From: Polyangiales bacterium
GTDB lineage: Bacteria; Myxococcota_A; Polyangia; Polyangiales; Polyangiaceae
Length of the DNA: 64,000 nucleotides
Assembly: GCA_038231275.1 (NCBI GenBank)
Contig: JBBRLQ010000009.1
Location: forward strand, 96,001-160,000
Reading direction: 5' to 3'
Below, piece by piece: positions 1-9,640 of this stretch. Positions within the stretch are counted from its first letter, which is position 1. Every line of letters begins with the position of its first letter. The position numbers were made by a program, and so were the translations under genes. The notes under the pieces are model-generated. The model saw only the letters and a list, made by a program, of their open reading frames with translations, did not search any database and was not told the DNA's origin.

Positions 1-1320
1 GACCTTGCCGGCCGCGTCCTTCTTCACTTCTTTGCACGTGACGAGGGCGGCATACCGGAGCCGGACCTCTGCGCCGGGCGCGAGGCGGAACCATTTCTTC
101 GCGGCCACCTCCATGAAGTCGTCCTGCTCGATGTAGAGGACGTTGCTGAAGGGCACTTTGCGCGACGGTCCGTCCGGCTTCTCCGGATCGTACGGGCAGT
201 CGAACCAGTGGACCTCGCCCTCCGCGAAATTCTCGATCGTCACCTTCAGCGGCCGAAGCACCGCCATCACACGGGGGCTCGTCGCGTTCAGGTGCTCGCG
301 GATCGCGTGCTCGAAGAGCGACACCTCGACGACCGCGTTGCGCGTCGACACGCCCGTGCGCTCGCAAAACGCTTTGATCGCCTCCGCCGTTACTCCGCGG
401 CGCCGCAAACCTGCGAGGGTCGGCATGCGCGGATCGTCCCACCCCGTGACGTGCTTCTCCTCGACGAGCTGCCGGAGCAGGCGCTTGCTCTGCACGGTGT
501 ACGTGATGGCGAGGCGCGCGAACTCGATCTGCACGGGCCGCGCGTCCGCCGGGGCGCCGATCTGATCGAGGAACCAGTTGTAGAGCGGCCGATGGTTCAC
601 GTACTCGAGCGAGCAGAGGGAGTGCGTGACGCCCTCGATGAAATCGCTCTGGCCGTGGGCCCAGTCGTACATCGGGTAAATCTTCCACGCGTCGCCGGTG
701 CGGTGGTGGTGCGCGTGGCGGATGCGGTACATGACCGGATCGCGCATCTTCACGTCGGTCCCCGCCATGTCCCCCTTCGCGCGGAGGACGTGCGCGCCGT
801 CCGGGAATTCGCCGGCCTTCATGCGGCGAAACAAATCGAGGCTCTCGGCGACCGAGCGGCTGCGGTGCGGGCTCTCCTCGCCCGGCTTGTAGAAGTCGCC
901 GCGGGTGGCGCGGATCTCCTCGAGCGTGCGCGAGTCGACGTAGGCCTTGCCGGCCTCGATCATCGCGACGGCGTAGTCGTAGAGCTTGCCGAAGTAGTCG
1001 CTCGCGTAAAATTCGCGATCCTTCCAGTCGTAGCCGAGCCAGCGGATGTCGGCCTTGATCTGGTCGACGTACGTGGCGTCCTCGACCTCGGGGTTCGTGT
1101 CGTCGAACCGCAGGTTGCACGTGCCGCCGTTGTCGGCGGCGCCGCTGAAGTTGATCCAGAGCGCCTTCGCGTGCCCGATGTGGAGGTAGCCGTTCGGCTC
1201 CGGAGGGAACCGCGTCACGACGCGCCCGCCATTCTTCCCCGCCGCGACGTCTGCGGCGATGGTCTCCGCGACGAAGTTTCCGGGCTGATCGGTGGGTTTT
1301 TCCGCGGTCTCGTTGCTCAC
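1..1320 (-). CDS. glnS: Glutaminyl-tRNA synthetase (3' end runs off window)
   Basis: Manual translation of the minus strand from GTG at 1320 gives MSNETAEKPTDQPGNFVAETIAADVAAGKNGGRVVTRFPPEPNGYLHIGHAK (class I HIGH motif), plus THSLCSLEY and MSKR-like LSKR; not in the ORF track because it is open at the window edge. Confidence 0.95.
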   Translation of the reverse strand, partial: MSNETAEKPTDQPGNFVAETIAADVAAGKNGGRVVTRFPPEPNGYLHIGHAKALWINFSGAADNGGTCNLRFDDTNPEVEDATYVDQIKADIRWLGYDWKDREFYASDYFGKLYDYAVAMIEAGKAYVDSRTLEEIRATRGDFYKPGEESPHRSRSVAESLDLFRRMKAGEFPDGAHVLRAKGDMAGTDVKMRDPVMYRIRHAHHHRTGDAWKIYPMYDWAHGQSDFIEGVTHSLCSLEYVNHRPLYNWFLDQIGAPADARPVQIEFARLAITYTVQSKRLLRQLVEEKHVTGWDDPRMPTLAGLRRRGVTAEAIKAFCERTGVSTRNAVVEVSLFEHAIREHLNATSPRVMAVLRPLKVTIENFAEGEVHWFDCPYDPEKPDGPSRKVPFSNVLYIEQDDFMEVAAKKWFRLAPGAEVRLRYAALVTCKEVKKDAAGKV

Positions 1321-1377
1321 GGACGGGACTTTAGAGCACCCCCCGGGCCTGGTCTACGCCGGTGGTACACTTCCCCA

Positions 1378-1488
1378 ATGGACCCGCACCTGCTCGCGGA
1401 GGAACGCAGCCTCGCGTACCACGCGCGCGTTGCGGAGCTCCAACGGCGCGACCCCGCGGTGCTCGCGCGCGCGAGGCTCTGCGGATGA
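1378..1488 (+). pseudogene. Truncated small protein (MDPHLLAEERSLAYHARVAE...), probable remnant of a toxin-antitoxin-like partner gene
   Basis: 36-codon ORF whose TGA overlaps the next ATG (ATGA); N-terminus resembles small proteins recalled upstream of DUF6036-type nucleotidyltransferases. Confidence 0.5.
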
Positions 1489-1655
1489 CGCGCACCCAGC
1501 TGGAGCACATCACCTTCGTCGCCGACGCGGTTGCGCATGGTCTCGTTCAGGAGGGCACTCTCCTCGAGCGCCTCGCCAAGACGACGATGCCAGAAGGAAC
1601 CATGGAGCTCACGAAGAGCCGGATCGCGCGCGATTTCAAGGCCGGCGGGCGTTGA
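1485..1655 (+). pseudogene. Internally deleted DUF6036-like nucleotidyltransferase remnant
   Basis: MTRTQLEHI (N-terminus-like) joined directly to TFVADAVAHGLVQEGTLLERLA...RIARDF (C-terminus-like); only 56 aa. Confidence 0.5.
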
Positions 1656-1674
1656 GCGACGTCCCGAACGGGAA

Positions 1675-2304
1675 TCAGATTCCGTTCGCCTCCGCGAGGT
1701 AAGGGAACGTCGCGTGGCTGCGGGTCGTCGCTTGATCGACGCCGTCGGTGATCGCCTCGTCGTCCTCCGCCGACGCGCCCGGGCCGCGAATCAAGAAATT
1801 CAGCGTCACGTCGAGCGCGTCCTCGTTGGGCATCCGGCCGCCGCAGGTCTGGTGCTCTTTGCCCGTCAGGCCCGCGCGCTCGATCTCGAGGTACGTGTGC
1901 GGCGCCGCGAAGTCGCACGGCTTCGACGTATCGACGACGAGGTAGTTTCCCGCCGCCATGCGCGACGTCCACGCCTCGGTCTGCGCCGGCGTCCACCCCA
2001 CGACGCCGTCCGCCGCGTCGTACTTGGCGAGGTTGCTCACGAACGTGTCCTTGAATTTGCCGGCCTCGATGTGGAACGGGTCCGCCGTGTTGAACGGGTC
2101 GAGCCCGCCGAGGTTCAGCGCGACGGGCGCCTTCACGAGCATCATCGTCGTCGCCTCGACGATCCCCGCGTGGTCGACGTTGCCCTTGAAGCCCACGAGC
2201 TGATCCTCGGTGTCGTCGGGCGGCGGCGTGGCGTTGTTCGCGCTGCACCCGTAGGCGGCGACGAGCGAGACGAGGGCGAGGGCTCCAAAGAGGGACGTCT
2301 TCAT
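1675..2304 (-). CDS. DUF4331-like lipoprotein (C-terminal-type half)
   Basis: Lipobox AAYGC, RBS GGAGAG, GGRMPNEDALD and FPYLA motifs typical of DUF4331 C-termini. Confidence 0.7.
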   Translation of the reverse strand: MKTSLFGALALVSLVAAYGCSANNATPPPDDTEDQLVGFKGNVDHAGIVEATTMMLVKAPVALNLGGLDPFNTADPFHIEAGKFKDTFVSNLAKYDAADGVVGWTPAQTEAWTSRMAAGNYLVVDTSKPCDFAAPHTYLEIERAGLTGKEHQTCGGRMPNEDALDVTLNFLIRGPGASAEDDEAITDGVDQATTRSHATFPYLAEANGI

Positions 2305-2318
2305 GGTTCTCTCCGTGC

Positions 2319-2984
2319 TCACTTTCGGACCGTTTGCGCGGCGACGGCGAGGAGGGGCCCTGCGAGGCGCGCCTTGTCGATCTCGACGACGATGCTGAGG
2401 ACGTTCTGGCCATGCAGGCCGTTCACTCCGGAGCTCTTCGCTACGTTGGTCCCGGAGATGAACTTGACGGTCTTGCCGAGATCCAAGAACCAGGAGTCCG
2501 AGCGGACCCCCGCGAAGACGCGGACGCCGTTCTTCGCCACGCTGCCGCCGGCGCCGAAGCTCGACGAGCGGGTGTCGAATTGGACCGACTCGCTGGAGGC
2601 GCCGCCGAGGTGGAAGGCGCACGTCGCGCGCTGCTTCGGCTCGATGACCGGCATGCCGCCCGCGAACGAGCAAACGATCTTCTGCTCGCGCGAGGCGTCG
2701 GCGGTCGGCTTGAGCGTCTTCGCGTCGTCGATGGGGCGGATGCGAAAGACGTAGTCGACCGCGTTCGAGAACCGCGAGCGGGTCGACGCGAACGGGGTGA
2801 CGTTCATGACGAGGACGAGCTTGCTGTCGTCCTCGGGGCTCGTGAACGTGTAGATGTCCGTGAGGTCTGCGGCGCGATCGAGCGTGGTCGTGAGACCGTC
2901 GGCATGATCGGACGCATGGCTCGGGGCCTCGGCGCCCAACACGACGGCCAGCGCGGCGAGCCCGAGGACGAAGGCGTTCTTCAT
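2319..2984 (-). CDS. DUF4331-like secreted protein (N-terminal-type half)
   Basis: Signal peptide, then ASDHADG...ADLTDIYTF, RVFAGVRSDSWFLD, NVLSIVVEI. Confidence 0.75.
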   Translation of the reverse strand: MKNAFVLGLAALAVVLGAEAPSHASDHADGLTTTLDRAADLTDIYTFTSPEDDSKLVLVMNVTPFASTRSRFSNAVDYVFRIRPIDDAKTLKPTADASREQKIVCSFAGGMPVIEPKQRATCAFHLGGASSESVQFDTRSSSFGAGGSVAKNGVRVFAGVRSDSWFLDLGKTVKFISGTNVAKSSGVNGLHGQNVLSIVVEIDKARLAGPLLAVAAQTVRK

Positions 2985-2996
2985 GGCGCAAGGGTC

Positions 2997-3012
2997 TGCA
3001 CCGGTTATGCCA
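2997..3012 (-). promoter_or_regulatory. Candidate sigma54 -24/-12 promoter
   Basis: Minus strand TGGCATAACCGGTGCA, GG-N10-GC spacing, immediately upstream of the ATG at 2984; AT-rich tract upstream. Confidence 0.55.
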
Positions 3013-3114
3013 CAATGTGGGTATGTAAATTACGCATGAATTCCCGGGCTAGGACCGATGTGTGTCCAGGTAGGATGTACCCAAGATCCACCACCCCGCG
3101 TAGGGTGGACGGTG

Positions 3115-4482
3115 ATGCGCACGCCTCCCGCGCGGACGTGGGTCGTCCGAGGGCTCGTCGTCGCGGCGGCCCTGGGCGTCGTCGTCATCGTCGTTCGCCG
3201 CAACGGCCCAGCGCCTCGTTCGGCGAGCGTCGCCGCGAGTCGCGACGCGCGCGCCCTGCGTGGGCGTCCGAAGACGGCGCGCGAGCTGCCGACGACGAGC
3301 GCGGACATCTACCTCGGCAACCTCGACGAAGAGATCGGCGAGCTCTTGCGCCTCACGCGCGAGCGGCCCGATCTGCTCACGAACCTCACGACGCTCAGCG
3401 CCGCGCACCACACGCGTGGTCGACTGCGCGACGATCCCGACGAGATTCAGCTCGGCATCGACGAGGCGACGAGATGCATCGCGCTCGCGAAGGATCCTCC
3501 CGACACGCCCGCAGCCGCGAGGCAGGACGCGAAGTGCTACTTGATGCGCGCGGAGCAGGAGCAGAGCCTCCATCGCTTCAAGGAGTCGCGCGCCGATCTG
3601 AAGCGGGCGCGCGACGCGTTCTCCGATCCCGCGCGCGGCGTCGATCTCGAGACCGAGCTGGACTGGAACGACGGGCTCTACGCGGTCTCCATCCCCAAGC
3701 TCCGTGAAGCGCGCCGACTGCGTCCGTCGACGTCGACGTGGATCCGCGAGGCGCAGCTCGAACACGATCTCGGGCACGAGGACGAGGCCGACGCGGCGTT
3801 CGAGGCGGCCGAGGATCTCATCATGGACACGAACCCGCTCATCGTGGCGCACCTGAACGTGCAGCGCGGCATCCAGAAGGTGGCGACCGGGAAGCTCGAC
3901 CTCGCGATCGATTTCTTTCGCGAGGCGGTGGCGCGCGTCCCCACGCACGTCGCGGCGGCCGAGCACCTCGCGGAGACGCTGGGGATGCAGGGCCGCCACG
4001 ACGCCGCGGCGGCGCGCTACGAGAAGGTCGTCGCGATGTCGGACGATCCAGAGTTTTCGCATGCCCTCGCGGCCGAGTACGCGCTGATCGGCGGACGCGA
4101 GAAGGAGACCGCCGCGCTCGAGGCGAAGGCGCGCGAGGGCTACGAGCGCCTCGTCGCGAAGTACCCGGAGGCCATGTACTGGCACGCGTCGGAGTACTAC
4201 CTCGCGACGAACGATGCGCCGCGCGCGCTCGCGCTCTTGGAAAAAAACGTGGCGCTGCGCCCAGGGAGCCCGAGCTACGTCGCCCTGGCGCGCGCGCAAC
4301 TCGCGAACGGGCGCGTCGCCGACGCGAAGGCCTCGATCGACAAGGCCCTCGCGATGCCGCTCGTGTCCGCGGACCTCTTCATGACGGCGTCGCGCGTCTA
4401 CGCCAAGTCCGGCGACGCCAAGGCCGCCGAGGGGTTTCGCGCACGAGCGCTTGGCATCAACCCTCGCGCCGAAGGCGACTGA
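3115..4482 (+). CDS. Membrane-anchored tetratricopeptide repeat protein
   Basis: N-terminal TM segment, Ala-rich helical TPR-like repeats; TPR genes commonly accompany DUF4331. Confidence 0.8.
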   Translation: MRTPPARTWVVRGLVVAAALGVVVIVVRRNGPAPRSASVAASRDARALRGRPKTARELPTTSADIYLGNLDEEIGELLRLTRERPDLLTNLTTLSAAHHTRGRLRDDPDEIQLGIDEATRCIALAKDPPDTPAAARQDAKCYLMRAEQEQSLHRFKESRADLKRARDAFSDPARGVDLETELDWNDGLYAVSIPKLREARRLRPSTSTWIREAQLEHDLGHEDEADAAFEAAEDLIMDTNPLIVAHLNVQRGIQKVATGKLDLAIDFFREAVARVPTHVAAAEHLAETLGMQGRHDAAAARYEKVVAMSDDPEFSHALAAEYALIGGREKETAALEAKAREGYERLVAKYPEAMYWHASEYYLATNDAPRALALLEKNVALRPGSPSYVALARAQLANGRVADAKASIDKALAMPLVSADLFMTASRVYAKSGDAKAAEGFRARALGINPRAEGD

Positions 4483-4485
4483 GCC

Positions 4486-5244
4486 TCACGGCACCGTGTC
4501 GCACGCGACGTCGTCGAAGAGGAAGTCGAACGGACCTCCGCCCTCGGTGTACACGAGACCCACGGCGAGCTGCGGTGCGGCGCCGGTCGCGACGGTCATC
4601 GTCTCGGTGTGCGCGGGCTGACCGTCGAAGGCGAACGAGATCGTCTTCCAGTCCGTATCGAAGCGGAGGTGGTGCCAGGCGCCGTTCTGGACGTCGGCGA
4701 CCGGGTTGAGGCTCGTGGTCTTGCCGCCGTCGGGGAAGGCGAGCTCTTGTCCCACGAGCGTGCCGGTGTCTGTGGCTTGCAGGTACGCGTAATAGAAGGT
4801 GCCGGCTGGAGCTGCGGAGAGGCGCAACTCGAAGACGTCCGCGGCGCCACCCGCGCGCTGGCGCAAGAGCACGTCGAGGTCGCAGCGGAGCTTGCCGGCG
4901 GACGGTTCGGGCAGCTTCTTGTAGAGGACGACCGAGCGCGCGGCGGCTTGGCTTGGCGAACGCGCACGCAGCGCGAACGGCGGCGAACGAAAGCTCGCGT
5001 CGTCGACGTCGAGCGGGCCGCCCGTCACGTTTCGGTCGTCCCAACGCGCGCCGAGCGCGCCCTGATCGAAATCGTCACAGAAGACGTGCGTGCTCCCACA
5101 TGGAGACACCGCCGCGTCCGCCGTTGAAACGGGCGCGGCGCCTCCGCTGCTCGAGGAGCAGCTCGCGAACGCGCCGAGCGCAGTGACGACGAGCGCGCAG
5201 CCCGCAAACCCGACCGCAAGCCCCGGCGGATGGCGGCCCCTCAC
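4486..5244 (-). CDS. Hypothetical lipoprotein with beta-sandwich (LamG/lectin-like) domain
   Basis: GTG overlaps the pgi stop (GTGA); lipobox FASC; FCDDFD...WHHL...FDDV pattern. Confidence 0.7.
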   Translation of the reverse strand: MRGRHPPGLAVGFAGCALVVTALGAFASCSSSSGGAAPVSTADAAVSPCGSTHVFCDDFDQGALGARWDDRNVTGGPLDVDDASFRSPPFALRARSPSQAAARSVVLYKKLPEPSAGKLRCDLDVLLRQRAGGAADVFELRLSAAPAGTFYYAYLQATDTGTLVGQELAFPDGGKTTSLNPVADVQNGAWHHLRFDTDWKTISFAFDGQPAHTETMTVATGAAPQLAVGLVYTEGGGPFDFLFDDVACDTVP

Positions 5245-6887
5245 GACGTCCTCTGCCGCTTGTACCTGTTGATGAGGCCGTTCGTCGACGCGTCGTGCGT
5301 CGTCACCTCGCCCGCGCCTGCAAGCTCCGGCTCGATCTTCTTCGCGAGCTGCTTGCCGAGCTCCACGCCCCACTGGTCGAAGCTGTAGATGTCCCAGATG
5401 CAGCCTTGCGTGAAGATCTTGTGCTCGTACATGGCGACGAGCCGGCCGAGAGTCTTCGGCGTAAGCTTCTGGAAGAGGATCGACGTCGTCGGTCGGTTGC
5501 CGGTGAAGACCTTGTGCGGCGTGAGCTCCGCGACGCGCTCGGGCGGGACCTTCGCCGCCTCGAGCTCCGCCTTCGCCTCCGCCTCGGTTTTGCCCTTCAT
5601 CAGCGCCTCGGTCTGCGCGAAGAAATTCGCGAGGAGGACCTCGTGGTGGTGCCCGAGCGGGTTCTGGGTCTCGATAGGCGCGAGGAAGTCCGCGGGAACG
5701 ATGCGCGTCCCCTGGTGAATGAGCTGGTAGAAGGCGTGCTGGCCGTTGGTGCCGGGCTCGCCCCACACGATGGGGCCCGTCGAATAGTCGGTGATGCGCG
5801 CGCCGCCGCGGGTGACGCCTTTGCCGTTCGACTCCATGTCCCCCTGCTGGAAATACGCGGGGAAGCGGTGCATGTACTGGTCGTACGGCAAGATGGCGTG
5901 CGTCTCGGCGCCGAAGAAATTCATGTACCAGACGCCGAGCATGCCGAGGATGACCGGAATGTTCTTCTCGAGCGGCGCGGTGCGAAAGTGCTCGTCCATT
6001 TCGTGGGCGCCGGTGAGCAGCTCCTCGAACGCGTCCATACCGATGACCGTCGCGATGGGGAGGCCGATGGCGCTCCACAAAGAGTAGCGGCCGCCGACCC
6101 AGTCCCAGAACGCGAACATGTTGTTCGTGTCGATGCCGAACTTCTTCACCTCTTCGGTTGCCGTCGAGACCGCGACGAAGTGCTTGGGAACCGCGGCCTC
6201 GGTGCCGAGGCGGCCGACGAGCCAATCACGCGCGGACCGCGCGTTCATGAGCGTCTCCTGCGTCGTGAACGTCTTGGAGGCGACGATGAAGAGCGTGGTC
6301 TCCGGATCGAGCGGCTTCACCGTCTCCGTGAGGTGCGTGCCGTCGACGTTCGAGACGAAGTGCGCGGCGAGGCCTTTCTGCCAATACGGGCGCAGCGCCT
6401 CGGTCGCCATGACCGGTCCGAGATCGGATCCACCGATGCCGATGTTGACGACGTCGGTGATGCGCTTGCCGGTGTGGCCCTTCCACGCGCCGCTGCGGAC
6501 TTGCTCGGTGAAGATGCGCATCTTCGCGAGCACCGCGTTCACCTCCGGCATCACGTCTTTGCCGTCGACCAAGATCGGCGAATTTTTGCGGTTACGGAGC
6601 GCGACGTGGAGGACGGCGCGGTTCTCGGTGCCGTTGATGCGGCCGCCGGAGAACATCTTGTCGCGCCATTCGCCGACCTTCTGCTGCTCGGCGAGGGCGA
6701 GCAGCAGACCCATGGTCTGCTTGGTCACGCGGTGCTTCGAGTAGTCGACGAAGAGATCGCCGTGCTCGATTGAGAACCGCGAGAAGCGCTCCTTGTCCTC
6801 GGCGAAGAGCGCGCGCATGTGGACGCCCTTGATTTCGGCGTGGTGCGTGGCGAGCGCGGCCCATGCCGGCGACGTCGTGAGGCTCAT
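5241..6887 (-). CDS. pgi: Glucose-6-phosphate isomerase
   Basis: [53 protein letters not shown]; 548 aa from ATG 6887. Confidence 0.98.
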   Translation of the reverse strand: MSLTTSPAWAALATHHAEIKGVHMRALFAEDKERFSRFSIEHGDLFVDYSKHRVTKQTMGLLLALAEQQKVGEWRDKMFSGGRINGTENRAVLHVALRNRKNSPILVDGKDVMPEVNAVLAKMRIFTEQVRSGAWKGHTGKRITDVVNIGIGGSDLGPVMATEALRPYWQKGLAAHFVSNVDGTHLTETVKPLDPETTLFIVASKTFTTQETLMNARSARDWLVGRLGTEAAVPKHFVAVSTATEEVKKFGIDTNNMFAFWDWVGGRYSLWSAIGLPIATVIGMDAFEELLTGAHEMDEHFRTAPLEKNIPVILGMLGVWYMNFFGAETHAILPYDQYMHRFPAYFQQGDMESNGKGVTRGGARITDYSTGPIVWGEPGTNGQHAFYQLIHQGTRIVPADFLAPIETQNPLGHHHEVLLANFFAQTEALMKGKTEAEAKAELEAAKVPPERVAELTPHKVFTGNRPTTSILFQKLTPKTLGRLVAMYEHKIFTQGCIWDIYSFDQWGVELGKQLAKKIEPELAGAGEVTTHDASTNGLINRYKRQRTS

Positions 6888-6917
6888 CGTGGATCCCTCC
6901 TCTTCCGTGGGCCACGG

Positions 6918-7850
6918 ATGGTAGCATCGCGGTCCTTGGCCACGACACGCCGAACGAAGGGGCAACAGCCGGAGACGAGCCCGACCGCGTTTCAGCCGCC
7001 GGGATACCCGGGCAAGCGCGCGTCCGGCGCGCAGGGGGCGTGCCTCGTCGTGATCTACGGACCGGAGCTGGGGCGTCGCGCGACGCTGGCGCGCGGCACG
7101 TTCGAGATCGGGCGCTCGGGGCGCTGTGACTTGCCGATCGATCAAGAGACCGTGAGTCGCCACCACGCGCGCATCACCTTCGCCGCCGGCTCGCACGTCA
7201 TCGAGGATCTCGGCTCCACGAACGGCACCTACATCCGCGACGTGAAGGCCTCGGGCCGGGTCATCCTCCAGCACGGCGACCAGATCAAGGTCGGCCTCTC
7301 CATCCTCAAGTACATGGCGGGCGACGATCTGGAGACGACGTACCACGAGGAGATCTACCGTCTCATGACGGTGGACGCGCTGACGCAGGCGTTCAACAAG
7401 CGCTACTTCGGCGAGGCCCTCGAGCGCGAGCACAACCGCTCGAAGCGATACCTCCGCGCGCTGTCGCTCGTCGCCTTCGACATCGATCGCTTCAAGGAGC
7501 TGAACGACACGCACGGCCACGTCGCAGGGGACAAGGCGCTCTCGCAGCTCGCCATCGCGATCAAGGCGCGCTTGCGGCAGCAGGACATCTTCTGCCGCAC
7601 CGGCGGCGAGGAGTTCGCGGTGCTCTTGCCGGAGGTCCCCATCGAGGGGGCGCGCATCACGGCGGAGAAGATCCGCGCGATCGCCGCGGCCACTCCGCTC
7701 GACCTGGGCGGCGCGACGGTCACGTGCACGGTGAGCCTCGGCGTCGCCACGCTGGGCGGCGCGATCGAGACCTCCGAGCAGCTCGTCGCCGCCGCCGATG
7801 CGCGTCTCTACGAGGCGAAAGGCCAGGGCCGCAATCGGGTGGTCGGGTAG
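6918..7850 (+). CDS. FHA-domain diguanylate cyclase
   Basis: FHA (IGR...VSRHHA...DLGSTNGT) plus GGEEF active site with RQQD I-site; start approximate. Confidence 0.92.
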   Translation: MVASRSLATTRRTKGQQPETSPTAFQPPGYPGKRASGAQGACLVVIYGPELGRRATLARGTFEIGRSGRCDLPIDQETVSRHHARITFAAGSHVIEDLGSTNGTYIRDVKASGRVILQHGDQIKVGLSILKYMAGDDLETTYHEEIYRLMTVDALTQAFNKRYFGEALEREHNRSKRYLRALSLVAFDIDRFKELNDTHGHVAGDKALSQLAIAIKARLRQQDIFCRTGGEEFAVLLPEVPIEGARITAEKIRAIAAATPLDLGGATVTCTVSLGVATLGGAIETSEQLVAAADARLYEAKGQGRNRVVG

Positions 7851-7958
7851 AGGGACGGCGAGCCATCCACGTGGCTCGGCGCCGGGACCCCGACGGCCGC
7901 GCCGAAGTAGTCCGATTGGGGCCCGTTGCCGAGGTTCCCGCGTGCTAGGAACCTCCGA

Positions 7959-9551
7959 ATGACCGCGGATCAGCGAAGCGCTGAGCTCGAAGTGCTCACC
8001 ATCGGCGAAGCCGCGGCCATCCGCGAACAGGAGCGACGAATCGCCGATCGCTACCGGGCCTTGGTGAAAGCTACGGGGGACGTGGTCTGGACCAACTCAC
8101 CCACCGGCGAGATGAGCGGCCCGCAGCCGGACTGGTGCGCGTATACCGGGCAGACCGAAGAGGAAACCAAAGGCTACGGATGGGCGAGCGCCGTTCATCC
8201 AGAAGATGCGCAACCGACCATCCTTGCGTGGCAGCACGCCGTCAAGACGCGCACGATGTTCGTCTTCGAGCATAGGGTGCGGCGGCGTGACGGCGTGTAC
8301 CGATGGTTTGCGATCCGTGCCGTCCCCGTGCTCGACGAGCAGCATGGCACCATCCGCGAGTGGGTCGGGCTGCATCGCGACATCGAAGAAGACAAGGCTC
8401 TCGCCGAGCGCGAACGCGCCGCGCGGGTCGCCGCGGAAGAGGCGAGCCGTGCCAAGGACGATTTTCTCGCGATGCTCGGGCACGAGCTACGAAACCCGCT
8501 CGCGCCGATCGCGACGGCGGTGCATCTGCTGAAACTTAACAGCCAAGATGGCATCACGCGAGAGGTCAGCGTCATCGAACGCCAGTCTCAGCACATCGCG
8601 CGCCTCGTGGATGATCTGCTGGACGTATCGCGTATCGCGAGCGGAAAAGTCGTTCTGCACAAAGAAACCATCGGGGTAGCCGCCCTGGTCGCCGCGGCGA
8701 TCGAGATCGCGAGCCCAGCGATCGAGAACGGGCGACATACGCTCGTCGTCGACGTGCCGAAGCACGGCCTCGTCGTGGACGTAGACCGCGGGCGCATGAC
8801 GCAGGTCTTCGCAAACCTGCTCGCCAACGCCGCCAAGTACACACCCGCGGACGGACGAATCTCCATCACTGCCGCTTGCGAGGGGCCAGACGTCCTCATC
8901 TCCGTCGAAGACACGGGCGTCGGCATCTCGGACGAGCTCTTGCCGCGGGTGTTCGACCTCTTCGTCCAGGCTCGTCAGACGCTCGACCGTTCTCAAGGCG
9001 GCCTCGGACTCGGGCTCGCATTGGTCAAGAACCTGGCCGCCATGCACGGCGGGACGGTCTCGGCCCACAGTTTGGGGCGTGGGCATGGGAGCACGTTCAC
9101 GGTGCGTCTCCCGAGGAGCGAAGTTGCGGTGGCGGAGGGGAGTCCTTCGTTGCCTTCGCTCGTCGCCGCGGAGGCACACCACCAACGCGTCCTCGTCGTC
9201 GACGACAACGCGGATGGAGCGGACATGTTGGCCGAGGCGCTCAAGCACCTTGGCTACCGCGCGATGGTCGCCAACGACGGACCGGAAGCGCTCCGCATCG
9301 CCGGCGAATTCGCTCCGCAGGTTGCGCTCCTCGACATCGGCCTGCCCATCATGGACGGCTACGAATTGGCCGCGCGCTTGCGGGCTCAGCTGCCAAACGT
9401 GACGCTCGTGGCCATCACGGGCTATGGCCAGGAGCGCGATCGGCAGCGAACGCGCAGCGCGGGGTTCCAGGCGCATTTGACGAAACCTGTGGATCTCGAG
9501 GAGCTCGCAAGCTTCCTCGCGGACTTCTCGTTGGCGCGCCCTCCGCAGTAG
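7959..9551 (+). CDS. PAS hybrid sensor histidine kinase/response regulator
   Basis: PAS_3-like (VHPED...WFAIRAVP), H-box [10 protein letters not shown] boxes, C-terminal REC (DD, D, KP). Confidence 0.93.
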   Translation: MTADQRSAELEVLTIGEAAAIREQERRIADRYRALVKATGDVVWTNSPTGEMSGPQPDWCAYTGQTEEETKGYGWASAVHPEDAQPTILAWQHAVKTRTMFVFEHRVRRRDGVYRWFAIRAVPVLDEQHGTIREWVGLHRDIEEDKALAERERAARVAAEEASRAKDDFLAMLGHELRNPLAPIATAVHLLKLNSQDGITREVSVIERQSQHIARLVDDLLDVSRIASGKVVLHKETIGVAALVAAAIEIASPAIENGRHTLVVDVPKHGLVVDVDRGRMTQVFANLLANAAKYTPADGRISITAACEGPDVLISVEDTGVGISDELLPRVFDLFVQARQTLDRSQGGLGLGLALVKNLAAMHGGTVSAHSLGRGHGSTFTVRLPRSEVAVAEGSPSLPSLVAAEAHHQRVLVVDDNADGADMLAEALKHLGYRAMVANDGPEALRIAGEFAPQVALLDIGLPIMDGYELAARLRAQLPNVTLVAITGYGQERDRQRTRSAGFQAHLTKPVDLEELASFLADFSLARPPQ

Positions 9552-9640
9552 CCACGGCTCGACGAGGTCGCAGGTTGCACCACGAGAGGCGCGCTTTCGC
9601 TACAGGGTAAACGTCGCCAGGATCGGCTAGCCTGACAGGG

